A stretch of DNA of 63,859 bases, counting the filler, from Collodictyon triciliatum (taxonomy: Eukaryota): assembly GCA_043381765.1 (NCBI GenBank). It is 9 parts of 8 records of this genome, joined end to end, with 100 filler letters (N's around TTAATTAATTAA, not from the genome) between each part and the next. Parts side by side here need not be neighbours in the genome. Positions count along the whole stretch, not along the records: positions 59,629 to 62,154 come from JBHJMP010003306.1; positions 62,255 to 63,859 come from JBHJMP010003336.1; 7 more parts are not named here. One strand, 5' to 3'. The position numbers were made by a program, and so were the translations under genes. Below, piece after piece: positions 61,985 through 63,859 of this stretch (its first letter is position 1; each line of letters begins with the position of its first letter). The notes under the pieces were generated by a model. The model was not told where the DNA came from and made no database searches. It saw only the letters and a program-made list of their open reading frames with translations.

Positions 61985-62154
61985 AAAAGAATATTAATTT
62001 CCCACTTGTTTAAAAATACTCAAATGTGTGGATATACATAACCTCATGATTACATCTAACCGATACCTCTCGCTCCTTCTTTGTCTTCAAAAAAAAAACA
62101 ATCGATTGAAACTAGATATTTTGATTCTCATCCAAAGTCGCCGAACTATCTGTC
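60607..62154 (+). CDS. TmcB/TmcC-like (tiny macrocysts family) multi-pass membrane protein, N-terminal part, 3'-truncated
   Basis: Spliced VFGLLYLM...LLVVDFLQFMFFVFSPDFPW...ALRWMVSILITLGYIPFLKVVIVPLDC...FPSMECF...LH...SLVYFDSHPKSPNYL, the pattern typical of this family's N-terminal transmembrane region. Confidence 0.7.
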
Positions 62155-62630
62155 NNNNNNNNNNNNNNNNNNNNNNNNNNNNNNNNNNNNNNNNNNNNTT
62201 AATTAATTAANNNNNNNNNNNNNNNNNNNNNNNNNNNNNNNNNNNNNNNNNNNNTTTTTCTCCTCCCTCTTCCGCTCCCCCCCCTCCCTTCTTCCCTTCT
62301 CCCCCCCCCCCCCCCCCCCCCCCCCTCTCTTTCTCTCTTTATCTTTAAAAATGAATATATTTCAGCGGAAATTTTGTATTTAATTCACTATACTTTTTCC
62401 TTTATTTATTTAATTCAATATCTTATAAGTCCCGTATCGATAAGATAATACATTCACTTTTATTATGGTGACCCCAAGAAGAAGAAACAAAATAAAATAA
62501 AAGAAAGGATACTGCAATTTATGTTGCATTCTTTTTCATTTTTGTATGTTTCTTTTTCGTTTATTGCTATTCTTTATTTGAATTTAACATCGATATTTTG
62601 GTAAATGGGTGCATCCGTTGAAATAAATAG

Positions 62631-63312
62631 GTGCTGGATAAAGATAGACCACGAGATATACCGCTTCGTTTTCTTGTATGTGCCTCTTGTCATCTCGCTA
62701 ACTGCAAACATAATTCTTTACCTATCTGCCTATAGACACTTGAACAGTTTGAAGGTAAGTGGACTCCTAACTTGAAGAAAACTTTACATCCACACATATA
62801 ACCCCACTTATCCGTTCATAATTTCTTTTCAAAAAATTTATCTTCATATAATCCAGTCAAACATTTCTTTTTATTTCTTTTTTATTGGTTTTTTTTTTTA
62901 GAAAGAACACGAATCCGTTGGCGGTAAAGGAACATACCTTGTCGTACAATTTAGAAAGAAATTGTCCAAACGACTCATGCGTGTAGTTGTTGCCTTTGTC
63001 TGTTGTTGGTTTTGGCCGACAGTAAACCGGGTGCAAAATTGGATACAGCCTGATAATCCCCAAGTACTACATCATCACCTACTCTACATACCAAGTATCA
63101 TATTAGTCCTTATACTTGTCATTTATATTAAACGTGCTTCTTTTTTAATGAGCTCGGGAGGGTATTTCAAGTGTATATCGGTAACCTTAGATTAATATCA
63201 AACAAATATCCTTAGTTTTGGTTATTCTGTTTGCATGCAATATCCGCTCCATCATTTGGATTTGCGATTAGCCTTGTGTATGGGACAAGCAAAAAAGTGA
63301 AAAAACAGTTTA
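62631..63312 (+). CDS. GCR1 / Dictyostelium cAMP-receptor-like 7TM protein, TM5-TM7 part
   Basis: Exons CWIKIDHEIYRFVFLYVPLVI... / KLSKRLMRVVVAFVCCWFWPTVNRVQNWIQP / FWLFCLHAISAPSFGFAISLVYG follow the CAR/GCR1 pattern (CWI..., F..CW...NR, G...S.VYG). Confidence 0.75.
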
Positions 63313-63486
63313 GGTAAGTAAAAAAACAAAACAAAAAAAACACTGATACGCTTTCTCATCATCTGATTACGTTACTTTTTTAAGTAATGTATCAAACAAG
63401 TAATAAAGGGGGACCCCCAATAATTTTGCATATAATCTCCATGTTTCGGGAGTAATTTTAAATCACTTAAACCTCACATCATCAGC

Positions 63487-63545
63487 CCTTTTTCCTTTTA
63501 TTCGATTCAAGAGAGGAAAAGGGTTTCATATATTTTACAGTCCGA
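63487..63545 (-). mobile_element. Micro-insertion of a LINE family A-type 3' terminus (59 nt)
   Basis: Contains tttattcgattcaag; flanks tcacatcatcagc (63474-63486) / tcacatcagc (63546-63555) form an imperfect TSD. Confidence 0.55.
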
Positions 63546-63687
63546 TCACATCAGCTTTTAAACTTTCCCCTCTTTAATAGAGCCTTGGTCAGGTCTCGCT
63601 TAAGTGCCAGCTTTACCGGGGTAAATTATTCAGTGATTATTATTATTTACTAAATTGACCTGTAGCTCGAATTTAACAAGAAGTATC

Positions 63688-63772
63688 CTTTGAATCGAAT
63701 AAAGGAAAAAACAAAAAGAAGTATCAGTAATAATAGTAATACGATGTATCTTAGAATCGAATAAAGGAAAAA
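63688..63772 (+). mobile_element. Two adjacent micro-insertions (63688-63715 and 63750-63772) of the LINE family A 3' terminus
   Basis: ctttgaatcgaataaaggaaaaaacaa between aagaagtatc copies (63678-63687, 63716-63725); cttagaatcgaataaaggaaaaa between aatagtaatacgatgtat (63732-63749) and aatagtaatcgatgtat (63773-63789). Confidence 0.75.
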
Positions 63773-63859
63773 AATAGTAATCGATGTATAACAAAAAACA
63801 AAAAACAAAAAACAAAAAACAAAAAACAAAAAACAAAAAACAAAAAAACAAAAAAAACA

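Noticed and set aside
60607-63312. TmcB-like and 7TM exons as one fused membrane-protein gene
   Set aside because: Separated by the artificial spacer at 62155-62254; they belong to different families

Overview
Draft-genome DNA from an AT-rich, intron-dense, flagellated microbial eukaryote, not prokaryotic DNA. The window is not one locus. It holds nine unrelated scaffolds joined by an identical artificial 100-nt spacer (44 N + TTAATTAATTAA + 44 N), five of the seven complete segments being near-identical in length (8,883-8,891 nt, descending), so synteny across spacers is meaningless. Spliced (GT-AG) genes read by hand: the 3' end of an outer-arm beta-type axonemal dynein heavy chain, the C-terminal half of a choline-phosphate cytidylyltransferase, an HMG-box factor, a CCDC24-like protein, an LRR protein, a SNF1/MARK-like kinase, a small Dilute-domain gene, eIF3h, an MT-A70 protein resembling the MTA9/AMT6-7 (6mA DNA methylation) clade with intact DPPW, a TmcB-like membrane protein and a GCR1/cAMP-receptor-like 7TM protein. 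There is also tRNA-Ser(CGA) and an intron-retaining CTU1 pseudogene. The most striking unannotated signal is a retroposon system: one decayed L1/Tx1-type LINE; six 23-63-nt micro-insertions carrying its 3'-terminal motif (TTGAATCGAATAAAG), each flanked by an apparent target-site duplication; and a second family of ORF1-plus-3'-end, RT-less elements, a fragment of which is inserted with a 19-bp TSD inside the first LINE. All calls were made by eye; exon boundaries are approximate.
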